Shown here: in pieces, positions 30,301-32,482 of the stretch
Layout: every line of letters starts with the position of its first letter
How positions within the stretch are numbered: the first letter of the stretch is position 1
Assembly: GCA_021161885.1 (NCBI GenBank)
Contig: JAGGZS010000023.1
Location: 1 to 34,761, forward strand
From: a bacterium
GTDB taxonomy: Bacteria; Auribacterota; Auribacteria; Auribacterales; Auribacteraceae
Length of the DNA stretch: 34,761 bases
Direction: 5' to 3'
Translations under genes and position numbers: made by a program
The notes under the pieces: generated by a model
What the model saw: the letters and a program-made list of their open reading frames with translations, nothing else
Databases searched by the model: none
Told to the model about the DNA's origin: nothing

Positions 30301-32482
30301 TAAGGCTTGCTAATCTATTAATTATAACCGCCTGATTAATTAACGATAAATCCGAAACGGAGATACCTATTTCTTTAAGGGACTGTTTAACTTTTTGTTC
30401 GTGCGGTGTAAGCTGATCTGACGGTTTTTTAAGTTTATCTATTAAACTTTGTATTGAATCTGGTGAAATAATCTGTCCATTGAGAAGAACAGGAATTATG
30501 GATGCCAAAATTTTGTCTGATTTTTCCCGTATCTCTTCCATTTTCATGCGGTACAGTTCGCCGTCGACTATATCCATATTTTGTCCGTTAATCGTAGCGG
30601 TAAATATGGGATTGAGATTTTCTAATTCCTGAGTTGAAAATTCTACAAACGCAAACGGCTGGTTACCGATAACAAGAGCAACATGCAGCCCGCCTGTGGG
30701 AGAGGGGGTAATATTAATTCTTGTTAATTCAGGGAAAGACCCTTGCGACCAACCCTGCAGGAAAAAATTGTTGACGATATCGGAGAAAGAACGCAAAGCA
30801 TCTTGCGAGGTAAGTATATCTTTATCAATCCCCGCGAATCGATAGACGCCGTAAGCCACCATAAGCGCTTTTAATTCCGCCTTGAAAGATTGAGCTCCGG
30901 CAGCATCTAACAACGGCGGGCTGCCGAGTTTTGAAGCTACCGCAAGAGCGCTCGCCTGTTGGAGAACATTTGTAAGGCGTTCTTCAAAAGGAGATTTTTC
31001 GTTTAACATCATAGATATATAGGCTTTTTTATCGTCGCTTTCGTGGATCAAAGGGGCTACCACATAATAGGAAATACCTTCTTCTTTAAGGAGTTTCATC
31101 ATACCGTCCGTATGAAACCCGCCGGTTATAAGCACTCCTTTTTTAATATTTGCCAAATCCATTTCAGTTAACATATTGTCCACAAGATACCAATCTCGTT
31201 TTTTTGATAATGTGTAAAAATCTTCAAGAAGAGGTAAACTGTTGTCAACCATAGATATATTAGAGTCTATAAAATACATAAATTGAAAGCGGGCCGCAAA
31301 TTTTTCGATAAAATCAATAATATTTTTGGTCTTAAATTTTTCTTTATTCTCAACATAATACTCAAGGTCTCTTGTCGATAATTTAAGGTCAAAAAAGTTT
31401 TCAAGGATATTTACGACTTTATAATATTGGTCAAGCTGTTTTTGTTCATCTTTTATATAGAGTTTATTTTTTATTTCCCGCAAAATGTCTTCCGACTCAT
31501 AAAAAAGTTCTTCCATATTGATTTTTTCGTATAATCGCAGATAAGGCAGGTAATCGTTAAAATTTGGATAGCCGTTTAAATCTATGTTTACGGAATTAGC
31601 TTTTTTAACTATTGCTTCGTGAAAATCAAGAGGTTTGACATATTTTAATTTATATCCGAGATTAAGTTTAAGAAGCTCACTTGCTTCTTCCTTAGGCAGG
31701 GACTTTACAAGTTTTTCGATAATCTCATTGCGTTCAGCGCTTAATTTGTCAAAATCTATTTTTTTTTCAAGTTCGTGTGACTGCATCATCAAACTGTAAT
31801 TTTCATAAAGCCAAAGGTCTATTTCATATTTTTTCACAAACTTATTCAAATAGGCGCTGAATCTATAAAAATTAATATTGCCGGTTTCATAATCCTGATA
31901 TATTTTGTCAATATCTAATAAATCTCCCTGAAAAAGATGAGATTTTATTTTATTTAACGTTTTTTTGAGGCTCACGCAGTACTTTTTGGCATTTTTGCTT
32001 ACTTTCAAAGAATTAACTAATGCCTGATAATTTTTTAGGTAAAGCTGTTTATCTTCAACCCCTACTAAATTCATCTCGGAATTTTGGTTATTCAAAACAA
32101 AACATTCTGAACCTGAGAGAACTCCTCTTTTCATAAAATATTTAGTTACATCGTACAGCACTTCTTTATCGGGAAACGAGCTAATGTCGGGCGACTCGAT
32201 TTTTCCTTCCGCCCCTTCCAGCCCAATTATTTTAAATCCCTTTGCCGACAATGAATTTAAAATTTTATAGGTGTTGCTTTGGGCGTCAAAGTTGCAATGC
32301 GCGTTTTTAATATGGACTATAACGCGTTCGTCATCGCCTTGAAATTTTTCAAGAATTTTGCCGTAAAACCTTGAAATTTTAAGGTCGTTATCTGCGTAAG
32401 CAATATTACTAAAGAGCATTGCCTCCATAAGTATCAATGCGCAAAGGCGCATAAACAACTTACTTTTCGGTTTGAATAACAT
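3380..32482 (-). CDS. Giant multidomain protein, 9,700 aa (signal peptide, GT2 synthase with membrane helices, kinase-like domains, HEAT repeats, zincin-like HE modules)
   Basis: The frame is uninterrupted for 29,103 nt. ATG is at 32480-32482 with AAGGAG at 32492-32497 (9-nt spacer), and the stop is TAA 3380-3382. Every other frame over this span is fragmented (the largest antisense ORF is 184 aa). Ordered catalytic motif sets occur along the whole length (see sub-features). Confidence 0.92.
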   Translation of the reverse strand: MLFKPKSKLFMRLCALILMEAMLFSNIAYADNDLKISRFYGKILEKFQGDDERVIVHIKNAHCNFDAQSNTYKILNSLSAKGFKIIGLEGAEGKIESPDISSFPDKEVLYDVTKYFMKRGVLSGSECFVLNNQNSEMNLVGVEDKQLYLKNYQALVNSLKVSKNAKKYCVSLKKTLNKIKSHLFQGDLLDIDKIYQDYETGNINFYRFSAYLNKFVKKYEIDLWLYENYSLMMQSHELEKKIDFDKLSAERNEIIEKLVKSLPKEEASELLKLNLGYKLKYVKPLDFHEAIVKKANSVNIDLNGYPNFNDYLPYLRLYEKINMEELFYESEDILREIKNKLYIKDEQKQLDQYYKVVNILENFFDLKLSTRDLEYYVENKEKFKTKNIIDFIEKFAARFQFMYFIDSNISMVDNSLPLLEDFYTLSKKRDWYLVDNMLTEMDLANIKKGVLITGGFHTDGMMKLLKEEGISYYVVAPLIHESDDKKAYISMMLNEKSPFEERLTNVLQQASALAVASKLGSPPLLDAAGAQSFKAELKALMVAYGVYRFAGIDKDILTSQDALRSFSDIVNNFFLQGWSQGSFPELTRINITPSPTGGLHVALVIGNQPFAFVEFSTQELENLNPIFTATINGQNMDIVDGELYRMKMEEIREKSDKILASIIPVLLNGQIISPDSIQSLIDKLKKPSDQLTPHEQKVKQSLKEIGISVSDLSLINQAVIINRLASLNLITNIDGNEFAVSPILKVIANLSEKTKDSRYVWNITQDAESLPDYIRNYFEQAGITSIDIENGVPAQFWFNFFQKLPRDFSTSFIVDQQAYKLDIIRELGRGNTLKIDLHVKETGDLAKQIEQTRKKMQELQRPVLDAFPPESSDFSELPPKPSGVEQIRQIADADRVPQSNTFFQVISQIETDKIEVNFKTDNDIAIGFINVKLWGFEDGEGNVLRIIHNDGTTTRVFSNGMIEVNGTVIRKAIDDSSEPSSKAKDINFADIRLKAGPHKEVNDQIRKAYSDGKLKRMDDVVVNGRRIKVYVIEGENILVGNQRGHAGLERNSVYIAGNAFTEELALHEALELIMWQNEAMKLAGLEPVSWHTLTAAKRAELRNGLRDHIASDIKKAKRLEHQFDKKAGITAAEIVKEKKSTETINVFSKIAVASESLSKYKEKKLSYQEQNEVTDLIIDLIRIPFTNADEFLAVRKEIVWWILNAKDDLIVNFAKSAFKKMDARISEIIPKLADSIDKENWKISPSTAYDANSKEFDHPVMGANRGPEIFKSVENVLKNTHIVQEMLFLAHGLIDITPEAISNIEVEFLGKDEHQYSHLITVHIDGYEKPFSFVLRQTQQPGTQFKNNIYETILSAEGNNNFISTVRQVLFSADTVIGQPLPAAASLVTQTSSAADKLKQFLNIKINLADTDIPMAGELLSKGERLSDSEIKKLLNRLISEYSDNRTGKEKRELLKNVFKKVLADTNLMNIIKTNVSLVNQLKSSLTSPVGEVIQNKTETIESSLSKRNAQNIDKVLKRYSADPNLELVRNFVIDYMANPKSRRSDVTFHNEHHLNEIFSFVENLFDNIKFKNQARSSLLMRTAIYFSGLGYFTPAPEGAALSLGYEQRSIELVNAFIEKTQEDSGFSVLSSLEQKAVEYIINKTQLKIGDDFKTEVQNDNRSYGLLKNINEGIEISTSDKTFLNTYLTDNFDLPLDALNKSDRNQIMDSIVIGKIIAVADNYGSSQTYPYLAGLIQPELSADQSPSACETIFAQIANIPGINGLIMGQRLVYLLDDDVIGLNKIIPESEKQSRNKNLDILRDIGNHLQALKNTQLSQTDKLNHLEALKVFVDEGIQKGVFNESMKTILYKEIMDIAGKNATQPAVVQGVFFEGINKGAASGAFKFAGESVIKGIPLVGSNAVNGQSGFVSIRPDETAAHYRVRVRKVLPAVVSALYRMSANIDNKWSFKNIEPQGIVLKLDESGGVTAVINADNAGNQRADINKSFDLLLLLQQVVENNVIAPMPIDVRKSIGDENTLILILNTIINEADGLNFIKQSLSELDSLLIDSDTGTKKTDVQTDGLLFKINDYKNLRNQIKDFASEHFTNLPVIQSKFEAKADNLVNSIMNSIIQKQSINQDIFGQIKQLADMLNSTKSGELRNIVISKLVSEKFTRSISDIDIHLLNKLYSSIFDNLNGQPADELYLRLENLVKNEWGLAELPVLREIRSKKLAGTAVNIQIDSFLEQIKNNKGVISIGSINIKVPDELIGYILLLSDQLTNLKTEGNIADYNKKFDFIISAVLASSGLSTQQRKTIINALPVPFERQRRLDTLLGVLLDNADPAGLYWIDADKQLFETAAAAGINLSFDKRHDVAAKNYVNVTSALPIYTLASDINRNFQVINIYPELNNPYFSLEYKSDVGVNMFSVFNAKNSTVRASLETAGYHGYFKTDTIKNGQVSWLIDEMFPVTIDRFSIASEAEQPSRLNVHSEDVSSLTYQARMDSIINEIRNPLLEKHGYKDVLEMLGEYEQYYVYMSAEDRISAQIPIRLKNYLTDFMNRFTVERAKDNARLRMLRDYIAEAKGNKEKRAKRIEFNKKVDNGEIKIKPNPFTDMPVNEVLAEGAIKGIAVMVTDPNTNLDISDSLSPFNDPNSNFYKARKRAEQENIPLVLIHHYPPQAKAQSVMPVIRSKVSSLDNFKNFEKLTSADLMAINGLLKTLTDIEFSQSNEFNAVKKELLWWVTNSKNNKLRKTAWSNFARLYSKLDNLLEQKNDAKIRGNWHISHADIYNTISKDMDVSAEKPATEILSEIENILKNTNLVKQMLFAIYGLTDVPASSIKNIHIDYLQKGALKYAHLVSVIIEGQPEPYRFVLNQHKKGDMGLLIKNLEPFVLGEQAGQEAISPVFAGIVNEFDGNTQADYNFFIESYLQGQPLVRLISQESTEDMVHMLGAETEQEYSERLSNIISLASGVLYRQAELSMLEYIPVVNPSGIMIRMNENNKYEAGLANVTAIEKTTDFFDIVLYIDMVLKSGVLNSLNPEMKNIYIETYLPETIFDGIIQSDPVTGIKVLEQTRNSLQRFIQSRKEIHSYQIVKKIGGYQRTLEELIVFEKKLTDYIDSYKTNNQQENTTEKPAYPVETAEKLAKLYADINLSREQSQGIVSTEIKFAEVHNFKDIAAQFLQLKNQGVTIPKNIQPLFSEAYFNKLEQSSNQAGLAVLTDILKSVVNDPAHPAAVPYLAQMEKNDISRLIDNLTSFVSGDFTNITFDISDTQNILQQLPAQSFVGERLNNALLAMNNKKPYTVINIEYDFRHGLGNADKINLIIERAASQQGLTDKDIILIKTVSNLDDGSFNISLNADTLANLRSNIPAIAYGTTFENLAFTFKKTISREGISQSNLSFSEQLQQVGGLGSEFIRNEYALYQMAGLSSVPVQSLTKELRVVSLLNREIGAEFKIRDYFKQTEINESNYKHFFSIIDLLYRVGIVSNDNYLKIFQAKKSNSFQQIKPIVFSSMDESKKPAETDTQALLRHISEFNIKRARLDKVVQIARVLIENPSLSSKYPNLKAQLGDVIDFAVKFRTTKDSSDYQWSPSELARERILINNIDKYEAVIGRTLKSDTEGSFKTVVSRLPAESDVNSAFQGTAVFMRNALVGYLPLKGQVPSRIARNNQRLAIDAILRGLNMVQRQSDNETLKDILNSSNPLENIVKHMNSLPVQQENELPVLDIVDETTRISMGDKLAKSIDALVENKQELDPEAIKNLKNLTDKIQSLGFKKAAEHIENFMANALEIGRLMRSGDANDRLAGNEMFMEFRTKINADFFFHIGIVYNGEYIFDFYNDNVEEHKVTINGKQETVLILRGKRIKDPFYNIAPAQYILSDKTYPFPGYPQGAHIIYIENNEIEINIVKRMFKLLNINKEENPVADVLLNQIKDIPVEKLAALLVQISKAHEMKLFVDDALKSPLLYNVYSAEASAVFAPLMAIVAKLELTETLTEDEKNSLFDDLDSIFNLELIDHMYAKTNFFKYLMHKSPKMMYQLPLLLLVAELVSPEVADSVVDKLKSKIKDSTTSDFEEIQNEVFGIINEFSVGILKVPFKNITENFRQKYIDFVTEKFPNKTERGKAIASALKSLMNKLGQDERYAQFADMRLWNKLNDTLSQRNVKQIVKKMDFEQIIRSILRDRTIYSENDLNDLISQSEDITAEQRRTIKNLNLIANGLPLSEAELEYVENNKDNPWNTLLSVMNGWITDQNKKFTPATLKTINGELGDEAVAWAVGLYTEKVSNQLDGPLKSFNIDTDIKIIEYALNGQIYVTPIRFVNSFMKIFSNLPDNQARSLALNTILLKSNKAYSDFEQFVMDITGLYPQTLLRNNPQAKQFFKRKNNQQYINQTEIDRISMLALRLSQSFTGKQLLDKSTASQIVDFMFSLLRTPVSGKAQTAFLEEIVAETSQQMDIPLTLTSFNRLFKDSTGYSLSQIVKSDVKLYNNKELALQFKLSSQMPAGFDSFAEAVDVLVSSTYMNSTIRNERDIKDKTDSLNIISDLLNKHSELALDMLSYLDEAVKNSYGKNINSFINKFDSEAVGTTFASLFPLDLIESYAQLTSQTIDIVMAEQLARAQKAVNGDQKFLKSPQTVRSEKSLQRKSVEDINKIIREHILSGKAVRVPLDSLNNNVSEDIINPLFEGSPEETSVNLQRLFTDLPAAAQEELKKQLSDPMSKERLRKSLVLGFDVLRSSKIIDKISDFSLTVLLDWEGEFYNAQALSHVGAENKSFYLNLSTLMYIAEMEPEDQAYSKRILQAVYEHEYRDYLRGGHAEDIGKVEPVYFQGKPISFKQVEKFWAELQNRPKEIRELHKVDGQIKEYFKIQPKGLPEFVISSQLIDEMGVLSAGKVLALLSRAAALNKTNLKKIFGKEQQVVIENLADFTDKYGEKYNIDLRRFSSKIPVSSLEEFRPLPLDEIQYADQLKDLEFASDFFIVTPVFNLLSRDDPDLMENILKKAYEGKYLDKLVIVDDASTDGTQDLLKRFNRKYNIKLLNAKLQDIALRLAKADITDDERQGLQALESITRNELASWENYINPETGEQVYDFNMILRDKNGHRTGAIRDAVLGLYSLAEHRKIKKLPEKLFIMDGDSYIEGTDISGALKDAANMLGHVEKDGNRIIANILPLSTSFGTLPKGTSLLKKINFLYLAWLRSLNTFFTMSVPGGGGGYLVPYLVRALQKHSGIFETDDAELSGLLRQNKNSKFKFFGRRDFRVITDMPETLKGKWIQARRWSGGMFQLMRKGAKMPKDMRIPAIITTIMYTALVPVFAMFGFMTIEMIPIFHLVDMLLMISGALVLGYAIFALPIFIFGKHASRYEKVQTVLMAPVMAVNFLFSSLIASFFEYFITVGDFLLIRPYNALKPVLARPITMPVFPQLWAEFKNKYVEPSRLLVAGVIRQLKSNPDLLTQRTFFGFLGAFLSTMASQYMIDTAEPVSTIINLVFTMAGFSIGAITALWNILPEIMAQTAQVQDETDNNRNNQSLARGKIRANVDNEISKLIENGDAIRIDLKSIALDYSNIDELVYTLFDKDLSTAQLAVKLQANLKISNTARKNFETKLNNPQYRVKLQKALKTALLILRSSEYKDYLKDFFLTLLVDEQGVFFRGDALAHAGLSRKTIYLNTSTLEYVDNMSGNDRVFGMKVLKTVLEHEFRDWARGVIAKKSQEAVIWNNLLRKLFKNPKNLWFRAWVDLYKTSPAVVNKTENPEMFSAHQKDIGVIDPVEFGEDIIDFAKVDAFWKHLQKSRDAKINYNNETVSLKTLLSDIKNNTDIPIEKRNARIRTLTERYVRESADKISSAIFINYDLYKAMTSRTDAIGRVKDDAALQYENLKDELTQLNETLDVDLTDIIEDIKTLIWLYSEFNDTIGTGHDAKDKKQADGMLHSLDFNLLKKEGIIKQIQQLHKKGINASIFLDANELQTEDQRFYLLNNLNLILSELQDIPDEIVNSLPNWGNEIALSAKPIFKSRIKGINKVRKGWRRHGEIFVSDKTPRKTFIHEYIGHHALLTLMEQAVLEPDKINDLEKIMPADDIMRILFACCNTYSIKDSLRTIRFSVNVNMNFYPSKKLKNAINEYNKQTPENYQIFDLGETKDGYRIEKIPFQFLQWAIDNNKQLFWALIVGGIYFSTPDDIRINLIKNGKTEDIYLTNILEIIAFATSNDDTPKYSSNPIFSYNRAAVRKILAANYLKGWLWTEGKGWQKVQQKTGTAYSGEKTVVLSDIQTDKEHKIEVQVKASLSGLLKKEPQWTAQAPLIDPETLNSITTSWDNYSYTPKMANSLKSYISTLSGWIKQDGKQISEQISMMTILSDTYMSDLADMLGNIIEQINHSPEGIKTVKISPTAASGTVILHLASINDLQNIGVDSLANKRNGEIHIYLPVEYITSNTTVFAQMLRSQIDESAYELPHMASLALESVFNRTGNRQPGLASDRIKTDFISRINNARTLEDFQKLEKYFQTIIRNETSMIKQVDKATNLNLMHKKVAEKLINNVTFYAKYSSAIVKENIIRLSGKAGDYSIENVVRENNKSIVFRGQDKNGNTVLIKMIKLPLFDGFSRTQLENLFKDWQREMSLTKTMYPEQTAITGDNLLEENPFLSIKLDNPLTMEQKTKNISSPETLLSFAQSVLEQLIGMYDKKIVLNDITPFDMFIGSDNTLVLTGLSQALKIGQSSPFSEPSLTAKNIFYSSPEKIDAANAQNKVQDLLRKISSLKTADDIIAQLKNIKIIFESVFTESELKYSTSYNTLINVVMPQIADELKPFDVSVPTQINNKLRDTINRQVVQTMYEILSEQNDVFILGIIFAELLTGHHPVSAKLQLLSTDQLRNFDETKFTADLIQSGDFDFDFMESMLGTEITKILKQSLAVNKTERYKTAKEFLTALNDALSNKDLKLSVSRRKELPDVRLAALNQADNLSFGNICGTDKHRHDAFNQMIKKLFDKKPQPLPFKEERKQAKSLLSELNYAELSVNPLLNKMFEEKGINSESDFNKFIDNISTALDNTQIYSLPADNILFWVGNRYAAAHYGHYQDRNNIYMSGKFANLLTDKEKSVVVLHEAFHLAGLSHEEAEAIQTFILDQKKSYDTVLNFMHIAADLEVTLKTNVPAVINGKYSYTPVTDFLAVFAPALKQALRSGTSFNQKAFVSLMSNRGFSENFTASVFKELNEMLKLNAIGYSIENRALENIVDKNSVTQSDIRKNINRLAGFNLIDRSVAVDTLTAVKDKALPLLITALNKENPNIREGVLYVIGQTGNADAMADVFAMINDRSEKVALQAQKTVFKLADKSVIPFMRKIISQQSDDTSVVLAIKVLDKLKADLNVDADNLLIHPNPDVRKAAGDFLKSRGIDRSNQLKLSDNIWNSLNLMATAENSLEFNDLIDILEQYGDDLIAYLRLGLNNQEAGIVDASAILLGRKGDKSAVRHLLHLVYKNKGFQSTIAVETLKKKIFNEELLRLYIAGDNIEKEQAALAMGRNKYSDAMNTLGNSIVDKNSPYSFYVKQAALKAMIDIAGDNYIGVLADILRKLDRRDLTADDRAVLIEIPSMMLEKGDKKSAPILRHLLYADRISIKRETVKALGELGNRKDIPTLKLYAGLYPELTPDVEAAVKKLDGPLAKILSGIGFFMGGIPAPEYHCDDFQLHKNNYTGLNEILANISYAKVPILITENGTPYEFTMKIDDDFADSEHEAPVTNEMIETWIKDILTGEEQILKNLQGSEIDFVMLTKSFRIAENHLDDNFIGINKAIFQIKNPVVIELLFKMFLRHELLHEAGLSPKDESELKVWESVQFRESLQQLLSGLEKAKMPLENFIEQIKPAFSNKAFLIDVLTFIDNGTLPAKMIGILDDMDITLPYDELISKLAKSMGLEIGGLLRSRDESEHLKLILFQLDQFRHEYAFDYAPNAEEIINLFESLVDTPYSRNTDFITARRELSWWIDNAKDKRIAEKAKSFNDKLYTMLDNMLDNNAGIEQTTAGWRVIKKFMPKVADTKQKQRMQWTVTYSEKYNGTFPDFYNEDGLVNNGPKITEEITKSLKETNLLRRTLFVLFDRKDITEDMIESIHIDYIGRGYFKYAHKITVFVKGEHQPMQFILKSKRRPDSKFDIENINLILAYGEKRGKGKTDLVPLVASRAFKPGEIAAEPVFDVYTESVLPGEPMLVENRDGKIISGQLMMKPNEKASEYMKRLSDILKVGVGALYQVHKNFNFIKLYYDRNPSNIMVSGDKDAGYNAAIVDLGYVSSTDKYSDLLMFMARYFNNVVSGIVKNNYPQLSSTLDTDIFTVKMLFEGILASDKVDGLDFLSSAYADLTDIIDQNKGKDKILRIGTWHKTELENIADSLKQFLVNKNVYINLQSGFDETDISQKQTDKYEIKDETIDQLPAAAWIADDLWNAFSAINNGKPPVVIQAHGINAANRKDLTDQLALIDDDQMVVIIMSDFNSDYVDHRVIADKAGYVRKNIKQIISGRVDYDGEFEYLLAFRKYFKEDMIHFNNMRIGRVYTDQLQGNKLMINTFERFVNILEHYYPGKITAEILHPSSKHLMAKYFDAAYESDFNNQMTGTIKDGTNQQKGEITLEGISAEELKSSQKIQKKMQTKQPQKPASQIEQANKELTQENITKLPVSLWIAPNLWNTLTEINNGNTALVIQTHSSFMTNKVMVEAQLEDVPEAQVVTLITSEKQKDKIDFRVLVDTAGNIKKNLYNVLRGNLSQDYGLFLIDFTIYPELKYTHLNYLSLGRENKDKLRGKGLLSDTFTNFANILEQFYPGSITMSLIDPEIVHLMQKHFHAQYIQEEKSDNTMRGVVGEHEDDINIADVGIKAGSHSNVNKAIRKAVLSGNLIRSGEIVYDGNPVRVYIVKNASVLTGVQRAHAGIELNCIYIAEKAYDKTLAMHEVVEMHLWQKKALNIAGIIDKSWQDLTDAKRAELTRELRKWISGNIEDAQQLEAKYHTIANQIAPVTSKTELEADDNMETPADNATYKSIDKNRNIERPVEVSSFTIEKLRSYILLYSDLPVSQLLYNLDADSLKFDTFVNGMYSKVIEKFKLSDKKPVSKAVLLSIQDFVSEFVQKQIGGTEEEIVKSAVDAQEFTDRIINTAIDEAGGVENLVPRGLKAKMLEIGMNSIQTRINTLNKDNPKTAELLQNVLDYIKQAKIAVIPSNDGSYGISTTLNGYHFTDARVIGGQKVIFLGQGFFDALLRGGMEEVLIHIGAREYLKSLPENSALTDADLNIKAARLRDYFGNKLPDIIETLTLNGLENQRYKPLIDRIIKMGNIKKTRPLSPVEINEIISQLREIFELELDIDFDYVPDKADFEISKSLLRKSVNVIKATMSKPDLFLFPKELILGELSPANFMLKETFRKFKMENRKNEGRQAVFVAISLNDKNTGIFKTELDKTTERREGDSSNNLFDFIVTVKSVDELIGLIKTEYPDLSESDIAGRVKMIDIPGGKLAEYSQNNGLRYQIVDSGLVMQGMLENSKAVFMIDILRSFGSKKVPNDIKIIDISDRIILDKDSNSKIGDIMAVFNDFIRQADAIKGKIFTYSSLTDIFYSKVLPSLDTELKAKVEQKFRTKDLVIRDLLFKKLMAKEVEKQDVASVFMHFISHQAVSGTEFTLLEQKVKEQLDLYFIKQVYDRLRAINKDNPPKLGDFIHRVESLGIMSVTQNFAKYLRIEANARSVNSSVIDAINQSAHFDEAA
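5615..6040 (-). other. Giant protein aa 8815-8956: module X copy 2
   Basis: DINIADVGIKAG...RAHAGIELNCIYIAEKAY...LAMHEVVEMHLWQ, with H8897 at 5792-5794. The first D and the HE histidine are 82 residues apart, exactly as in copy 1. Confidence 0.6.
6086..6622 (-). other. Giant protein aa 8621-8799: module V copy 2 (179 aa, exactly 240 aa after copy 1)
   Basis: ENITKLPVSLWIAPNLWNTLTEINNGNTALVIQTHS...KLRGKGLLSDTFTNFANILEQFYPGSITMSLIDPEIVHLMQKHF, with E8621 at 6620-6622. RGKGL plus the following helix resembles GNAT motif A (R/QxxGxG/A). Confidence 0.5.
6806..7342 (-). other. Giant protein aa 8381-8559: module V copy 1 (179 aa; possible GNAT-like C-terminal half)
   Basis: ETIDQLPAAAWIADDLWNAFSAINNGKPPVVIQAHG...QLQGNKLMINTFERFVNILEHYYPGKITAEILHPSSKHLMAKYF, with E8381 at 7340-7342. 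Confidence 0.5.
7520..8707 (-). other. Giant protein aa 7926-8321: module Y copy 3 (WW motif + protein-kinase-like fold with catalytic residues intact)
   Basis: ARRELSWWIDNAKDK (W7943 at 8654-8656); IESIHIDYIGRGYFKYAHKITVFVKGEHQPMQFILKS (Gly-rich loop and Lys); VYTESVLPGEPM (hinge-like); LYYDRNPSNIMV (D8220 at 7823-7825, N8225); AAIVDLGY (D8242, DFG-like). The pattern resembles the ABC1/RIO/APH-type kinase families. Confidence 0.7.
9098..9280 (-). other. Giant protein aa ~7735-7795: zincin-like module with canonical HExxH (HELLH)
   Basis: NFIGINKAIFQIKNPVVIELLFKMFLRHELLHEAGLSPKDESEL, with H7775 at 9158-9160. It shares the pattern HExxHxAGLSxx[DE]xE with the HEAFH module. Confidence 0.5.
9655..10780 (-). 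other. Giant protein aa ~7235-7610: HEAT (PBS-lyase type) repeat array
   Basis: Helical-pair repeats recur about every 30 aa, for example LLITALNKENPNIREGVLYVIGQTGNADAM, LIHPNPDVRKAAGDFLKSRG, QEAGIVDASAILLGRKGDKSAVRHLL and RISIKRETVKALGELGNRKDIPTL (P7240 at 10763-10765; E7583 at 9734-9736). Confidence 0.7.
11213..11425 (-). other. Giant protein aa ~7020-7090: zincin-like module with canonical HExxH (HEAFH)
   Basis: AAAHYGHYQDRNNIYMSGKFANLLTDKEKSVVVLHEAFHLAGLSHEEAEAIQ, with H7069 at 11276-11278. Confidence 0.5.
11783..12886 (-). other. Giant protein aa 6533-6900: Hanks-type Ser/Thr protein kinase-like domain, probably a pseudokinase, with a large insert in the C-lobe
   Basis: The kinase subdomains are recognisable:
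- VLIKMIK (strand-3 Lys, K6561)
- IVLNDITPFDMFI in place of HRDxKxxN (D6658 at 12509-12511, terminal N replaced by D)
- VLTGLSQ in place of DFG (Asp lost)
- YSSPE (APE-like)
- DVFILGIIFAELLTGHHPV (subdomain IX)
- NKTERYKTAKEFLTAL (subdomain XI Arg)
The glycine-rich loop lacks glycines. Confidence 0.75.
14393..14530 (-). other. Giant protein aa ~5985-6030: HE module variant (HEYIGHH)
   Basis: GWRRHGEIFVSDKTPRKTFIHEYIGHHALLTL, with H6016 at 14435-14437. It has the same order as the other HE modules: a basic/His segment, a hydrophobic strand, then HE. Confidence 0.3.
15200..15940 (-). other. Giant protein aa 5515-5761: module Z copy 2, immediately downstream of the membrane cluster
   Basis: ISKLIENGDAIRIDLKSI...LRSSEYKDYLKDFFLTLLVDEQGVFFRGDALAHAGLSRKTIYLNTSTL...TVLEHEFRDWARG...HQKDIGVIDPVEF...FWKHLQ, with H5669 at 15476-15478. 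It matches Z1 apart from an insertion of about 50 aa after the HE motif. Confidence 0.6.
16028..16669 (-). other. Giant protein aa 5272-5485: cluster of about five transmembrane helices following the GT2 domain
   Basis: The hydrophobic stretches are IPAIITTIMYTALVPVFAMFGFM, IPIFHLVDMLLMISGALVLGYAIFALPIFIF, VQTVLMAPVMAVNFLFSSLIASFFEYFITV, TFFGFLGAFLSTMASQYMI and VSTIINLVFTMAGFSIGAITALWNIL. The helix count is by eye. Confidence 0.7.
16703..17632 (-). other. Giant protein aa 4951-5260: family-2 glycosyltransferase catalytic domain of the processive (cellulose/chitin/hyaluronan/NodC-like) type
   Basis: FFIVTPVFN opens the domain. The motifs are VIVDDASTDGT (D4990/D4991, nt 17498-17515), FIMDGDSY (D5108-x-D5110, nt 17153-17161), FETDDAE (T5207-D5208-D5209, TED-like, about nt 16856-16867) and QARRW (Q5248-W5252, nt 16727-16741). 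Confidence 0.85.
18020..18607 (-). other. Giant protein aa 4626-4821: module Z copy 1 (SHVG...FYLN...EHEYRD module) immediately upstream of the GT2 domain
   Basis: IIREHILSGKAVRVPLDSL...LRSSKIIDKISDFSLTVLLDWEGEFYNAQALSHVGAENKSFYLNLSTL...AVYEHEYRDYLRGGHAEDIGKVEPVYF...FWAELQ, with H4781 at 18140-18142. It is collinear with aa 5515-5761. Confidence 0.6.
23351..24373 (-). other. Giant protein aa 2704-3044: module Y copy 2 (WW motif + protein-kinase-like fold, catalytic residues lost)
   Basis: AVKKELLWWVTNSK (W2719 at 24326-24328) ... IKNIHIDYLQKGALKYAHLVSVIIEGQPEPYRFVLNQ ... EYIPVVNPSGIMI ... GLANVTAIE. The positions matching the D, N and DLG residues of Y3 are V, G and ANV. Confidence 0.6.
28463..28936 (-). 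other. Giant protein aa 1183-1340: module Y copy 1 (WW motif + kinase N-lobe-like part only)
   Basis: FLAVRKEIVWWILNAKDD (W1200 at 28883-28885) ... ISNIEVEFLGKDEHQYSHLITVHIDGYEKPFSFVLRQ aligns with Y2 and Y3 up to the strand-3 region. No catalytic-loop equivalent follows. Confidence 0.5.
29105..29530 (-). other. Giant protein aa 985-1126: module X copy 1 (AHAG...IYIA...HExxE zincin-like module)
   Basis: DINFADIRLKAG...RGHAGLERNSVYIAGNAF...LALHEALELIMWQ, with H1067 at 29282-29284. By hand count it is about 45% identical, ungapped over 139 aa, to aa 8815-8956. Confidence 0.6.
31058..32335 (-). other. Giant protein aa ~50-475: possible ChaN/TraB/Tiki (erythromycin-esterase superfamily)-like domain
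   Basis: VIVHIKNAHCNFDAQ...IIGLEGAEG (H57, H62, E89) resembles the N-terminal GExH..H..Q...lE motif block. VLITGGFHTDGMMKLLKEEG (H457, codon 31112-31114) resembles the C-terminal GxxH..G...L motif. This is motif-level resemblance only. Confidence 0.3.
32393..32482 (-). other. Giant protein aa 1-30: Sec-type signal peptide or N-terminal anchor
   Basis: MLFKPKSKLFMRLCALILMEAMLFSNIAYA|DND has a basic n-region (K4, K6, K8, R12), a hydrophobic core and an AxA-type site (AYA). Confidence 0.55.
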
